DNA of 63,694 nucleotides, counting the filler, from Octopus bimaculoides (Eukaryota), in NCBI RefSeq assembly GCF_001194135.2. It is 8 parts of 7 records of this genome, joined end to end, with 100 filler letters (N's around TTAATTAATTAA, not from the genome) between each part and the next. Parts side by side here need not be neighbours in the genome. Positions count along the whole stretch, not along the records: positions 10,954 to 34,360 come from NC_068985.1; 7 more parts are not named here. One strand, given 5' to 3'. Under the pieces are notes generated by a model. It was not told the DNA's origin. It saw nothing but the letters and a program-made list of their open reading frames with translations, and did no database searches. Made by a program: the position numbers and the translations under genes. Shown here piece after piece: positions 13,300-31,312 of the stretch. Each line of letters starts with the position of its first letter. Position 1 is the stretch's first letter.

Positions 13300-13700
13300 C
13301 ATTTATTTATTAAGTCCACTCTGAAAGGATAAAATACAAAGTTGACCTTAGCGCGATTCGATCTCAGACCACAGCGAGTCGAAAGAAATACGTTGTCGAG
13401 GCATTCTATCCGATACTTAAATGACTCTGCCAATTTACCAACCATGTCTCATAAAAATCAAGATGGTTCTAAACTTTTTAAACTTGTCCGACACTATGGC
13501 AAAGAAAGAGAAGAAAAAAAAAAGAAGAATTATATGGATGCAGACTGCTTTATTTTGGCGAATTGGCTGAATCGTTAGCGGAGCACCAGAACAAATACTG
13601 TTTTGTGCTAGCTCTTTACGTTCAAATTCCACTGTGGCCAACTTTGCCTTTTATCCTTCTGCGTCGATAGAATAAAATACCAATCAATTATTAGGGATCG
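13300..13700. mobile_element. divergently oriented pair of old SINE B copies
   Basis: Minus copy at about 13300-13440 and plus copy at about 13556-13700 (ggcgaattggctgaatcgttagc...). Confidence 0.65.
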
Positions 13701-14384
13701 ATAAAGATCGACTAACTCCACACGCCTCAAAAAGGAGCGTAAAAGAAAATATTTCGCTAACATTTAGAGGATGCAGGGAAGCTGCTATTTATCAGTTTGA
13801 GAGAACTACTACTTCAAATTACATTCAACTAACTAAAAGAAAGGAATAGACACATTTATAGAGAGTGTATAGTTTTAAATACACCTATGAAGACGAAGTA
13901 GAGATGATTACTTTTGGAATGTCCTCTGATCGATTATGTCTGATCGAGGTGCACCTGGAGGTGAGCAACAATAGTGATGATGCCCATACGTGGTTAAGAG
14001 GAACAACCAGAGATAACAGCTAAAATTCTCTCATCCTATAAAACCCCCATCGTCACGAAAATATCTAAATGAAAAACCAAAGAAAAAAAGAAATGTGTAA
14101 AAATTATTGATTAATGATAGTCTTAAAGATATCGGAATTAAAAGAAAAAAACAAACAGGAGGTTCATGGTTGGAACGCCTTTGATTTTGATCACTGATTA
14201 GTCTGTTAGATTGATCTAAGAATGCAAAACAATATTACAGTCACTGACAGCACAACATCGACATTACAGGAAACACCACCACCTCCACCACCACCAAACA
14301 ACAAATTTGTCATTACAACATTAACACCACAACACTGACATCACAACAGGAGTCATTAAATCAAACGGACAAAAATTTAAAACG

Positions 14385-14397
14385 AGTAGTAGTGGTG

Positions 14398-14482
<85 letters not shown>

Positions 14483-14570
14483 CAGTAGTAGTATTAATTA
14501 AAGCAGTAGTGGTGGCGATGACGGTTAAGGTAATAGCAGCAGCAGTGGCAGCAGCAGTAGTAGTAGTGAA
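14385..14570. repeat. (GTA)n/(GGT)n/(GCA)n triplet repeat
   Basis: Directly visible. Confidence 0.95.
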
Positions 14571-16039
14571 TGTTACAGCGGCACCAAGTTACACATCCGG
14601 AGAGTGGTGCGGGCTGGGCGGGCATGGCAAACAAAGTTGATTGAACTGACGGCCCTCTTACTCTTATGTTATCGTTTCCGATCTAACATGGAGAAAGTTG
14701 AGAACACGATAGGTCGTCTGAACCCAGTTCCTTGAGGAACGATGCTGTTGTTTGTTGCTATCGTTGCTGATGTTTAGCTTCGACTCACCCCTGATGATCC
14801 CCTATTTCTGTATATTCTGTACTGATTTTATATATTATGCAATACGTGTGTGCGTGTATGTGTGTGTGCGCGCGCGCTTGAAGATAGTAGCGTGTGATTG
14901 TAGAGGAATATTTGGCTAGTCTTTCTAGCAGCTTAAGCAATCGATGAAGAGAAGCTCCCTCCTCGTTCGGTTGCTCTTTCAATTCATTGCGAACATTTGT
15001 TGGCTCAAAGTCACACACGCATACTTTTGAAGGGAATAGATGTAAGCGTTTTCTCCGTTTCCTATTATTACAAATACATTCACATCTATGGATATACATA
15101 ACATCGAACCTTAGTAGATGGCATGTACCTTATATTTATCGACCACGGAAGAAGTAAAGCTGGACTTGGCGGAAATTGAACGGCAGTTACTAAAATCAGC
15201 AAGACAGTCATTGTCTCTTCACGGGCTAATGATCTTGCCTGTCTTCACTGATTATAGAAGGATTCCTAATTTCGGTGCAATGGCCTTATGAGGGCTTAGA
15301 TGATAACATTGATTCCAGTATTTCATTGGAACTTTATGTCATCGGCCTCCGAACGAATAAACGTCAAAGTTGACCTCGGCTGGATTTGAAATCAGAACGG
15401 AAGAAAAGAAATACTGTAAAGGCACTTTTGTCCTACGCTCTCCCGACTCTCCTATCACACCGCTCTGATGTCGATTATATAATGAAGAAGAAATAGGATT
15501 CAAACGTACATATATTCGGTATATATATATATATCGATAGAGATGTGTGTGTGTAATATGTATCGATTATGCTTGTTTGTTTTTTTCCCCGAAGAAATAC
15601 TGCCGCGAAAGGAAAGGCAGAATTGAACACGGCGTTATTTTGTACTCTGGACGCAGAGAAACAGAACTTAAATACCTCTAAAGCTGTCGTTCTTCTTTAG
15701 CAACAAGTCAGTCTCGATAGGGTAGACCTTTTAATTAAAGGCATACCATCTATGGCCATCCCATTTTTTTCGTATAACTAACATGACAGTATGTTCTTTA
15801 AAACAAAAATTGAGGGATGTGATTTAAGTGAGACTTGACTGCTCTTTCTAGCAGATCGAGTTACTCCATAAAGACTCCCGCAGTAGAGTATCGCTGTGGA
15901 AGCGTGCTGGACCCAAATCTGTAAGGTATTTACAATTTTCATAAATTCGTTCTACCAGCAACGATATCTTCTATATGAACCGCATAGACATTATGAAAAT
16001 TGTATTATTATTATTATTATTATTAATAACAACGAAGAT

Positions 16040-19010
<2,971 letters not shown>

Positions 19011-19068
19011 ATTACTATTATTATTATTATTATTAATATTATTATTATTATTATTATGATTATTACTG

Positions 19069-19101
<33 letters not shown>

Positions 19102-19789
19102 GCATGGAAGTTCACAAAAATATTTGTGGCAGTGCTGTTTGTCGTTTGATAAAATTATAGTTCATAGTCTTCGACTGATATGATTTGAAGCCAGAATATA
19201 AAAGGACATATTGATAAATAATAATGATCGGTTAACACTGACACGCGAAATATGAAATGTATACGGAGATTGTGTACAGTCAATTAAATCGACTTTGAGG
19301 AAACGTTACAGATACCTTTTCCCTTTTTTTCTCTTCTCTTTTCTTTCCTTTCACTCTTTTCTATCGACACCGGGAAGACGAAGGAACCAATTTGAAATTC
19401 GCAGATTTTTTTTTGTTTTTAATCAACACAGAGCGTTAAAACGACATTTAATAATGGTTTCTAACATAAGACACAAAGTCAGAAACACGGTAGCAAGGCT
19501 AGCAGATCAAACCGACATCCAGTATTGATTGATATTTTATATTACCGACCCTGCCTTGAGCAAAAGGTAAAAGTTGACCTCGGTGGGATTTGAACACAGA
19601 AAGTAGAGAACAGAGACAAGTGTCGTAATTTAATTGGTCCCGCTTCTTAATAATAATTTGACGCTATCACCAACATCTAAAAAAAAAAAAATGATGTTGA
19701 AGGTGATGACAATAAAGTAAATAAGTACGAATATCATTTTAGTCCCTGCGCATCTGGATAAATTTAACCCCTTTCCTGGTTACGTATGA

Positions 19790-19796
19790 GGGCGGC

Positions 19797-19829
<33 letters not shown>

Positions 19830-20124
19830 ATGCGTGTGTGGCTGCGTGTGTGTCAGTACACAACTAAAAGCATACATACATACATAGCTCATACGCACAC
19901 GCTCACATACATACATGCACACAGACATACACACACACACACACATGAACATACGTATATATGTATATGTACGTGTTTGTGTATGTCCGTACGCTCACAT
20001 ACATACATGCATACACACACACACATGAACATACGTATATATGTATATGTACGTGTGTGTGTGTACGTACGTGAAAAATATACACACACGTGCATACATA
20101 CATGTGTGTGTGTGTGTAATTGTA

Positions 20125-20163
<39 letters not shown>

Positions 20164-20429
20164 GTGTGTGTGTTGTGCATGTTTTTGTGCACGTGTGTGC
20201 GACCCCCGTTGAGTGATGACAGGCTGCTGTGTCTTTCGTTGTAGGTTCGATTCCTGTTTCCTCGTCCCTGCAGCAGTCAGTCAATAGCTCGGAGTGTATG
20301 TTAGGTTCCGGCTGAAGACCTGCTTGCCCCTCACAATAACACTTACACGAAATCTAAACCATAAAACGGAGCTCCAAAAATCCATTATAGTGTACGGGAC
20401 GTTTTTTTCATTTCATACACATGTATGTA

Positions 20430-20461
<32 letters not shown>

Positions 20462-20941
20462 CGTGCATGCGTGTGCTTGTGTGTGTGTGCATGTGCGAGT
20501 GTGTGTGCATGTGCGAGTGTGTGTGCACTCGCGCGTGCGTGTGTTGACTTCAGAATTTAGTCAAGACTTATGTCATTCCGTCTTTCAGCAAAAGAAAAAA
20601 GTCAATACTTCGTTCCCCACTTAAATGCGTGACTATATTTATATATTCATTAAAACATGTTGTGTATTTGTGTGTGTGTGTGTACGTGTGTGTGTGCGTG
20701 TGCGTATGTGTATGTGTGTGCGCGCGCGCACTGGCAAAAACCACATAGAGCATTTAACAGTTATAAAAAGGAATAAAAAAAGAAATCAATAAATAGTTAA
20801 TACATCTATTTATCAGTAAAATAAACAGTTCCTTTGTTATCTGTAAGTCAATGAATAAGAATATGAATGTGAGAGAGAGAGAGAGAGAGTAAGTAAAAGT
20901 TCTTTCTGTACCGTTGAAATTATCAATGACAGATTAAAAGC

Positions 20942-20992
<51 letters not shown>

Positions 20993-21733
20993 GGAACGAA
21001 AAACCGAAGAGAAATGTAAAAAAAGAAAGGAACTTTAGAAAATTTTTTTTTTTCTTTTTAAGGATCGTGAAAACAAACTGGCAAAAATAACAGGTGTAAC
21101 GAAAAGGAAGTAAAATGGATATATATACATGGAACCAAAATTTAGAAGCCAAAAAAAAAAAAAAGAAGAATGATATAGTAGAAGAATAGAGAGGGAACGG
21201 TCAACTAAATTGTTAAAAATAAATAAGAATTATAATAAGTCGATAAGAAGAAACGGTGAAGCAAAGCAAGATATATAAATTTAATGAATCTTAGTAAGCA
21301 GGCTTTTTTTTTTTGCGTTGCAGAATAATAATAGTAATAATGATAATATATATATATATATATATATATGTGTGCAAACAATATACAGATTCTTCAGACT
21401 CACCTAAAAGTTCAAAAGCTGTATACTTTTGAACATGAGAGATAACATCATATCCAAGTCCGTATGACTCACATGAAATATTTAAATAGCGAAGGTTTTG
21501 GTGAAAGAATAGTCTCTTGGAAAGAAATCAGTATTCATCCCACCCGCAATAAACAAAGAAAGCATAACAACTGTACATGTGTGTGGGTGTGTGTGTGTAT
21601 ATATACATATATATATATATATATGTGTGTGTGAGTGACTGTTTGTGTGTGTATGTGTGCGTGTAAAAAAGAAGGCAAGCCGCAGCGCGTTCTGTTCTTG
21701 ATAATTATAAATATATATATATATATATATGTG

Positions 21734-21778
<45 letters not shown>

Positions 21779-23001
21779 AGATGTGTGTAGTGAAAGTCGC
21801 TTATTATAATCACGGACAATGTTATCAAGCAGCTATTGTTATCAAAATTAGTGGGTCCCAAACAAGCTCAGGATGATGTTCTTAATAAACTCTCTTTATG
21901 TTATCAGCCGGTTGTTGTTATCACCTTTTTCAAAGTGATCACAATAAACAGCTTCAACTGTATATAGATAGATAGATAGATAGATACACACAGATGTGTG
22001 TGAGTGTAAATATATATATGTGTGTTTGTATTTGCGTGTGTATATTCGACTGAGAATACGTGGGTATGGCTTGTTGATGTTTTTTCTTTTCTTTTTCTTT
22101 TTCTTTTTCTTTTTCCTTTCTTTTCTTTTTTTTTTTAACAAATCAGTTGAAAATAAAAGATGTAGAGATGAGTCAAAAAGATTAGTACTTGAACGGAGAG
22201 CAGCGTTGTGCAGAAAACTATGACGCTTACAATGATATGCGTTGTACTGTAGGTACGTACGTACGTACGTATGTACGTATATGTGTGTGCAGAACGGACG
22301 AACGATCTGGCGCCTTGTCGACACAAAGACGAAAAAATAATCAATGAAGGCCGGTCAACCCAAACAACAAGGCGGAGGACACGGCGACAACGACAAACGT
22401 TGATAGAGAGAAGAGGGACGATCCCCTCTCAGCAACACTTATTCGCTAGAAAGTGTTGTGTACGTACATAGACATATATTCATAGACATACATATACATT
22501 ATGTACCAAGGGAGCGTGGCAACTGTCAATCCATCTGCCTGCCCTACCGCAGTCTTTGCTTTCAGTCCTTCCCCCTATTACTGTGCAAACTCCCTTCATG
22601 ACATAGTCATATAAATAGACGTACGTATCCATACACATACACACATATATGTGTCAGAGTATGTGTGTGTGTATATATTTATATATATATGTATATATAT
22701 GTATGTGTATATACTTCTGTGTGCATATACCTATATATATATATATATATTTGTGTGTGTGTGTGTGTGTAGGTAGCACATGCACTCACGTAAATACATA
22801 GATATACACACACACAGACTCACACACGCACATACATATATATATATATATATTTATATGTATATATACACACTAAATGTAGATCTAGCTGGAGGGCAGA
22901 GGAGAAAGGCAAGACATCGGTTTCAGCGAACCAAACCAAAGGGAGTTAGAAAGATATAGGTGGAAAGAGAAGGGAATAAATTGTATGTATGCATGTATAT
23001 T

Positions 23002-23036
<35 letters not shown>

Positions 23037-23041
23037 GTGTA

Positions 23042-23074
<33 letters not shown>

Positions 23075-23564
23075 TATATAAAACCAGATATTACGTGCAC
23101 ATCCGGAATAAGAGTAGGTGAAAACGAGAAAGACGCGAATCACAACGAGTGATAAACACAGATGAAAAAATAAATAGGTAAATAAATAAAATGATATAAA
23201 TATATATGTATATACTTATAAAGGGGAGAACAAGAAGTATAAAAACAAATAAGCAACAACGGAGCAGGGAACGGCCAGTGCGACGGGAGAGTGCAAGTAA
23301 ATTTTATAAACGACAATAAGGAGAAAGCAACAACAAACTAACCACATAACAAACTATTGAAGAGAGACAGGATGGGGTCTTGTTGAATACAACCAATTGT
23401 TAATAAACTCAGTCTCTCCCTCCGTTCTTCCTGCCTCTCTTCTTTCTGTTTTTCTTTCTTTCCTTCTCTCTCTGTCGTGTGTATGTGTGTGTGGCTGCGT
23501 GAAAGTCTGTCAACATAAGTGTGTGTGTGTGTATATATATATACATAAATACACATACTCACAC

Positions 23565-23612
<48 letters not shown>

Positions 23613-24142
23613 GCGTCAAAACTCTCATTTAAATTTTTGATATCTATATATATATATGAATATAATATGCATGTATGTAAATATATATATATATATAACA
23701 CACACACACACACACACACATATATTGATATATGAATATTTATGAATATATCTGCATATAAAATATGTTAACAGACAACCATACTTATCCCACCATCCAT
23801 GCATACATACATACATATATATATACATACATACATACATACATACATACGCACACGCACGTATACATTGAGCGGCGGCGGAGTGGGGGGGGGGGCAATT
23901 ATGAAAGTAGACTCTGAGAGGACAGTTGGATAATTCTTGGTGTGACAGACGTGGATTGAGTACGGTAAACAAAACGAAAAACTCAACTTCAGAACTAATC
24001 AAGGAGAAGTTTAAAAGTGAACTTCAGTTTTTTTTTAAATATCTGTCACATACACACACCTAGGCATTAATAAATATCAATGAAAAGTGAAACATAAACA
24101 CAATGGACAGTTCACTAGCATGAACGAACACAAACGCATGCA

Positions 24143-24183
<41 letters not shown>

Positions 24184-24336
24184 GCACTTACATGCACGTA
24201 CATTGACGTATAGGAAACCAAGAGAATACATTTCATTTTAATATATAATTGCATTCTTCATTTATAATTAATAAAGTTGGCACCGATAAATATATATATG
24301 TATTTATATATATATATACATGTATATATATATCTA

Positions 24337-24383
<47 letters not shown>

Positions 24384-24602
24384 GCGCACACAAACATACA
24401 CACAGAGAGAGAGAGAAATGGGAGGTTGTGTATATAAACGTGTATATAGGTTGCTATATGTGAATATGTACGTTTCACCTGTAAAATGTACGCCCAACAC
24501 AGTGATGCTCATTGACAATGTATGTGTATGTACGCACACACACACACACATACACTCACGTATGTGTGTATATAAATATATGTATACTTGTGTATGCGCA
24601 TG

Positions 24603-24669
<67 letters not shown>

Positions 24670-25053
24670 CATATATATATATATATGTACATACAGTTGA
24701 TTATACATAATCACTACACACATACTTATCCACATGCATACACACACGCACGAACACACCCGTACCTACATACACAACTAACTTATAAACTGGTTTAATT
24801 AAATTTTAGATTGACATTTAATTGAAAGCTAAACGGAAAACTATCAAAATACATATATAAATTAATGATTTTCAAGTGAAAATAGCATGCATGCAATTTA
24901 TCTGCACTTTATCGCAAGATATTAGCATTTTGTTTAAATCTATATCATATCCATTTATGAGTGGCTCTGAATATGATGAATTCGAACAAACAGTGTCATC
25001 GCGCGCATTCACACACGCACACACATGCATACGCATACGTGATGCATGTGTGC

Positions 25054-25089
<36 letters not shown>

Positions 25090-25394
25090 GTGTGTGTGTG
25101 TGTGTGTATGTATGTGTGTATATATATATATATATATTGTATTATATATATACGCACAGCTGAAACGGCTATACTGCTGTGTGCGTTTGTGCGTGCGTGT
25201 GTGCTTGCTGCAATGATGAGAAAACAAGGCGAGCGAAAGAGTAAGTATTTATGAAGGAGAGAGAGAGACAGACAGACAGACAGAATGCACGAAGGCAAGA
25301 AGTACATAATATACATGGAAACTTATCGGACCTCCGATTTCATTATGTCTTGGGAAAACTTGCTGTATCTTATATTACTTATTTATTATTATTA

Positions 25395-25441
<47 letters not shown>

Positions 25442-25453
25442 GTTGTTGTTATT

Positions 25454-25487
<34 letters not shown>

Positions 25488-25887
25488 CTATGTATTGACG
25501 TCGGGACTTAAAAGCTTGGTGTTGTTTAGCAGAGAAGACTTTGCAAAATGTACCTTAAAACATACAAAAAAAAAAACGTAAAAGTTGTTTTGCAAAATTA
25601 AACCAACACACGTAGATGGATTCGTACAAAGCGCATATTTGCTCATACATACATACATACATACATACATACACATGCATGCATACATACATACAGGCAT
25701 ACATACAACACCCACACGCAACATACGTATCCATATACACACGAACGTACAAACAAACGAACATTTTAATTTTTTAAAAATTTTTACTCCTTTCTGATGG
25801 AAAGAGTACTTATTTACAATATTGAGCAATTGTTTTCAACTGAAAGCATTTAAATCTATCTCAGAAGTTCACTTGCATAATTAGTCG

Positions 25888-25925
<38 letters not shown>

Positions 25926-26810
25926 ATTGTCGTCGTTGTTGTAGTTGTTACGTCATTAAAGTTTGGAATGACAAACGAATAATAATAATAATAATAATGA
26001 TGACGATGATGATGATGATGATGATGATGATGATAATTTCAACAGATTACAAAATAAAAACAATGGTGATTGAAATGAAAGTGAAAGTTAATTTCTGATA
26101 CATTTTTTAAATTTCTTAGTTGAACTTTTAGACGGAAGCTATTAAAAGTATAAGAACAATCAAACACAACCAACTTTTTTCCTGAAAGATGACAAATATC
26201 GCAGAGTATAGCAAATGACATTATACATACATACATGCGCATATATATATTTATATATATATATATATACACATATATATACATATATATATATATATGT
26301 ATGTATGTATGTATGTGCGTGTGTATGTATGTACATATGTGTTTGTCATTTGTGTTGTGTGCGTATGTGTATGTATTTAACCTTTATTTTATTTTTCTTT
26401 TGCAATGTAATACAAGCCTGTCGTTAACTTCCTTATTTTGTGGTAACTATTAGTGTGTATATATGTATGTGTGTTTATGCATATGCGTGTGTGTTTGTGT
26501 GTGCGTATATGTATTCAAAAACAGTCCATTCAGTAGTTTTATATATACATGTCACAATGTATAGATATATGACTGTATTATGTGTATATATATATATATG
26601 TGTGTGTGTGTATGTATACATGTGCGTTTGTGTGGATGCATAAATGTGTTAACTACATGTATACAACCATGTATCTACAGACATAAACATACGTACACAC
26701 GCATACATATAAATACACACATATACATACACACATATACATACATATGTATTTATACACATATATTTATGCATGTATGTATGTACGTGTGTGTGTATAT
26801 ATGTATATAG
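19790..26810. repeat. dense field of TA/CA/TG/TACA, (AAT)n, (GTT)n and (GAT)n microsatellites
   Basis: Directly visible. All YI/CV/TH-rich ORFs here are artefacts. Confidence 0.9.
21788..21960. mobile_element. pogo/Tigger-like MITE
   Basis: Imperfect TIRs of about 26 bp: tagtgaaagtcgcttattataatcac vs cagttgaagctgtttattgtgatcac. TA follows at 21961-21962. Confidence 0.55.
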
Positions 26811-27764
26811 ATGACATATGCCCCAGCTGAATTAATCACACAAACGTTGACATCAATTCAGAGTCTTTGTTTATTATGAAGCAGTGCTTTTAATGTTTAA
26901 ATTTTTCTATATCTTCATTTTAGTTAAATGTTTTTACACGTGTATTTTTTCTCGTTACTCTTCCCGTAGTTTCACTTTCGGTTTTACAGTTTTAGAAGCT
27001 AGACATTGAACGTGTCCCGTGTTTCATCAGGACATCTGGAAACCTAGCTCTCTATCTTTATATATATCTCTCACTTTCTCTTTCTCTCATTCTTACAACC
27101 AACGGTCGGTGAAAAATAATCATGGATCACTTGGCAACAGTGTCGTTAAGACATTTTATATATAGCAAAGTTAAATAAGAAGTACTTACCAGTTCTTTAC
27201 AAAAGAAAACAATTCTGAAACTTTGCAGCTTTCTTTTTTTTTTTTTTTTTTGTAACTAGATGGTGTCCTTCAACTGAGCTACAGCGCCATTTAAATTACC
27301 CATCATTCTCCAACAGCATCGACTAAGTGATGCTAATTTCCACACGATGAACGGGCATCGACCGTTTACTATGGATGCGCATATTTGCTATAATAAAGTT
27401 CCGATATGAGTTGTCTTGCTCGCTTTTTATTTATTTATTTTTTCTCTTCTAATTTTTTATAATTTTTTTATTTTTCTTAGACTGCTTGGTTTCCTTCACC
27501 TTCCATTTCTTCCCCCTTCTCCCACTCTCTCTAACTGGCTCTCTCCTTCTGTTTCTCTCTTTCTCCCTCTCTTTCTACTTTTCTTTCAATCTGATCCAGA
27601 TTTTACTTCTTTGCTTTCAGACTCATTCTTTCTCTGTCCTCCTGTATCTCCCCCCTCTCTCTCTCTGCTCTTCCTCGCTCTCTCTCTCTCAACGGACGAG
27701 GCAATGGAGAGAACTATAATTCGTTTATTTCTTCAATACCTAATAGCACTTTCCATAAAAATAA

Positions 27765-28009
27765 ATAATAATAATAATGATGATGATGATGATGATGACG
27801 ATGATAATAATAATAATGATAATGATGATAATAATAATAATAATGATAATAATAATAATAATGATAATAATAATAATAATAATAATTAACGGTAAAAGTG
27901 CTGAGAGGGGAGAAAAACAGTAAAACATTGAGAAAAAGAAATGTACTAATAACAAAAAAAAACTTCTAAAAATTAAATAAAAGCGAAAAAAATTAAAATA
28001 GAAACAGAT

Positions 28010-28079
<70 letters not shown>

Positions 28080-28303
28080 TGTTTTTATATCGAGTTACAA
28101 TAAAGATAATTTTACATTAAACTGAAGTACGTATTTATTATTCTTTAACAAAAACTGCAGAGAGTGACTTCGAAGTTTTAGTCAGTTCATCGGACAGTCC
28201 GATGTAGACTAAGCTGGCCGAAACTTCTAAATCACCATCAACACTATTATTATTTTTTAAAAATAATGATGACAGAAGATAGACAGATAGATAGATAGAT
28301 ACA

Positions 28304-28337
<34 letters not shown>

Positions 28338-28501
28338 CATACATACATACATGCATGTATACATACATACATAGGTAGATAGATAGGTTAAAAGACCATA
28401 AAAAAGAATTGGAGGCAAAAGGAAATGAAGAAAGTAGATTATATAAAAAAAAATGTGATATAGACATAGAGACAGTGAGAGATATAGAGATAGACACTCG
28501 A

Positions 28502-28560
<59 letters not shown>
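27765..28560. repeat. (GAT/AAT)n, (GATA)n x2 and (TACA)n microsatellites
   Basis: Directly visible. Confidence 0.9.
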
Positions 28561-28561
<1 letters not shown>

Positions 28562-29062
28562 GGGTAGAGTGAAAGGGAGGGAGGTTTAGTAAGTTAATTT
28601 CGTTTGTTGGGCAGACAAGTTAGGGAAGACTGATTGTCTGACAGACAGAGACAAATAACAAACATTTGAATATGAATTGCTAAAATTTATACTTGCAATT
28701 TTTCTAAAGAAAACATTTAAATATTGATTTCTTTTTTCAGGCGCAACGCACATTTTCTTTTTGTTTTTCTTTTCTTTTTTTTTTGTTTTTGTTTTATGCA
28801 ATGGGACTCATGTGGACTTTGATGCAAGCCAGAATTGTCTTGGCACATTCTGTTTTATCGACCCGGACGAATAAACGTGAAAGTGAGAAGTACATCATTT
28901 GAAAAGAGATTGATATACGCATATATCAATATATCGAAACATCCGAAAATATTTCTAGATACATACGCATGTATTTCGGTATAACATAATGTAAATTAAT
29001 ATGTTTCCATATCTACGTGCAGGTATGTATAATGCACCAAGCACACACTTATATATACAAAT

Positions 29063-29155
<93 letters not shown>

Positions 29156-29556
29156 NNNNNNNNNNNNNNNNNNNNNNNNNNNNNNNNNNNNNNNNNNNNN
29201 NNNNNNNNNNNNNNNNNNNNNNNNNNNNNNNNNNNNNNNNNNNNNNNNNNNNNNNNNNNNNNNNNNNNNNNNNNNNNNNNNNNNNNNNNNNNNNNNNNNN
29301 NNNNNNNNNNNNNNNNNNNNNNNNNNNNNNNNNNNNNNNNNNNNNNNNNNNNNNNNNNNNNNNNNNNNNNNNNNNNNNNNNNNNNNNNNNNNNNNNNNNN
29401 NNNNNNNNNNNNNNNNNNNNNNNNNNNNNNNNNNNNNNNNNNNNNNNNNNNNNNNNNNNNNNNNNNNNNNNNNNNNNNNNNNNNNNNNNNNNNNNNNNNN
29501 NNNNNNNNNNNNNNNNNNNNNNNNNNNNNNNNNNNNNNNNNNNNNNNNNNNNNNNN

Positions 29557-29643
<87 letters not shown>

Positions 29644-31097
29644 TGTATACAGAAAAGAACAGCAGGCTCGCTGGTGTGATCCGATCACTAACTGAAATTA
29701 CTTACAATTTACATACAGATATTAAGCATTATACACACTAGTAACTAAGAACGTACAACTACTACAAACCACTGACAAGGTAAGGCCTGGTGCCTCAACA
29801 AGTTTCGATAATTATGACGAGACGTAACGGCATGAATTGAATCATGAATCGACAGAAAAAAAAGGTAGGATTTTCAACGTAAAATTATATCAAACTTTAG
29901 AAAAAAAGCATTTTGAGACACACCAAAGAAAGAGGTTCAGTGACTCAATCAGAACCACGTATCGCTTGATAAGCGATCATGTCACCGATTACACAACAGA
30001 ACGCCTGCCAAACCAACCTTCATAAATTATGTGTTATGAGCATAAATCCATTTTTTTTCTATTCTTTTATAACTTCACCTTTAACTGCGTAGTTTTTCGG
30101 GTTTTTTTTTTTTATCTCTGCACGATGATTAGTTTGCGTCAGCTATTTAGCATCTTAGGTGCCAGGCGTAGTGGTTAGGGGTGCTCGGTTCATGCTCCTA
30201 AAATTGTGGGCTCAGTTTCTGGACCGAACAGCGTGTTGACATTTCATTTCACGTCATTTCAAACTGTTTTTTGTTTTGTTTTGTTTTTTGGGGGTTTTTT
30301 TTCTAATTCTCTTAGGCCCTAGGACTCGTAAAACCGGTTTCCATGATGTATAAAACTAACTGACAGAGATCACAACATTTCCCTGAACAGGACACCGATC
30401 CGTTGTATGACTGAAGACCCCCANNNNNNNNNNNNNNNNNNNNNNNNNNNNNNNNNNNNNNNNNNNNNNNNNNNNNNNNNNNNNNNNNNNNNNNNNNNNN
30501 NNNNNNNNNNNNNNNNNNNNNNNNNNNNNNNNNNNNNNNNNNNNNNNNNNNNNNNNNNNNNNNNNNNNNNNNNNNNNNNNNNNNNNNNNNNNNNNNNNNN
30601 NNNNNNNNNNNNNNNNNNNNNNNNNNNNNNNNNNNNNNNNNNNNNNNNNNNNNNNNNNNNNNNNNNNNNNNNNNNNNNNNNNNNNNNNNNNNNNNNNNNN
30701 NNNNNNNNNNNNNNNNNNNNNNNNNNNNNNNNNNNNNNNNNNNNNNNNNNNNNNNNNNNNNNNNNNNNNNNNNNNNNNNNNNNNNNNNNNNNNNNNNNNN
30801 NNNNNNNNNNNNNNNNNNNNNNNNNNNNNNNNNNNNNNNNNNNNNNNNNNNNNNNNNNNNNNNNNNNNNNNNNNNNNNNNNNNNNNNNNNNNNNNNNNNN
30901 NNNNNNNNNNNNNNNNNNNNNNNNNNNNNNNNNNNNNNNNNNNNNNNNNNNNNNNNNNNNNNNNNNNNNNNNNNNNNNNNNNNNNNNNNNNNNNAAAATA
31001 TTTTTCTGTTCTATAACACAAAATAGATAAGTATACGAAGTTTGAAAGTCTTGTAAAACATTAATGAAAAATGTGGCCCCCGTTTTAAAATAGATCC

Positions 31098-31312
31098 TTC
31101 TTTTCTACTCGAGGCACAAGACCTGAAATTTGGCGGGAGGGGGATAGTCGATTTCATCGACTCCAGTGCGTAACTGGTACTTATTTCATTGAACTCGAAA
31201 GGATGAAAGGCAAAGTCGACCTCGGCGAATTTGAACTCAGAATGTAGCGACGGGCGAAATACCGATGAGCATTTCGTCCAGCATGCTACCGATTCTGCCA
31301 GCTCGCCGCCTT
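31098..31312 (-). mobile_element. full-length SINE B
   Basis: Reverse complement of the unit at 17016. Confidence 0.9.

Noticed and set aside
14785-15099. ORF with a coding-looking stretch (NELKEQPNEEGASLHRLLKLLE)
   Set aside because: It runs into the family C repeat motif and CA repeats, and has no usable splice sites.
20245-20295. 51-nt symmetric exon candidate (strong acceptor, GTATGT donor)
   Set aside because: It has no recognisable homology or partner exons, and it overlaps a GGTTCGATTCC B-box, so a decayed tRNA-derived head is as likely.
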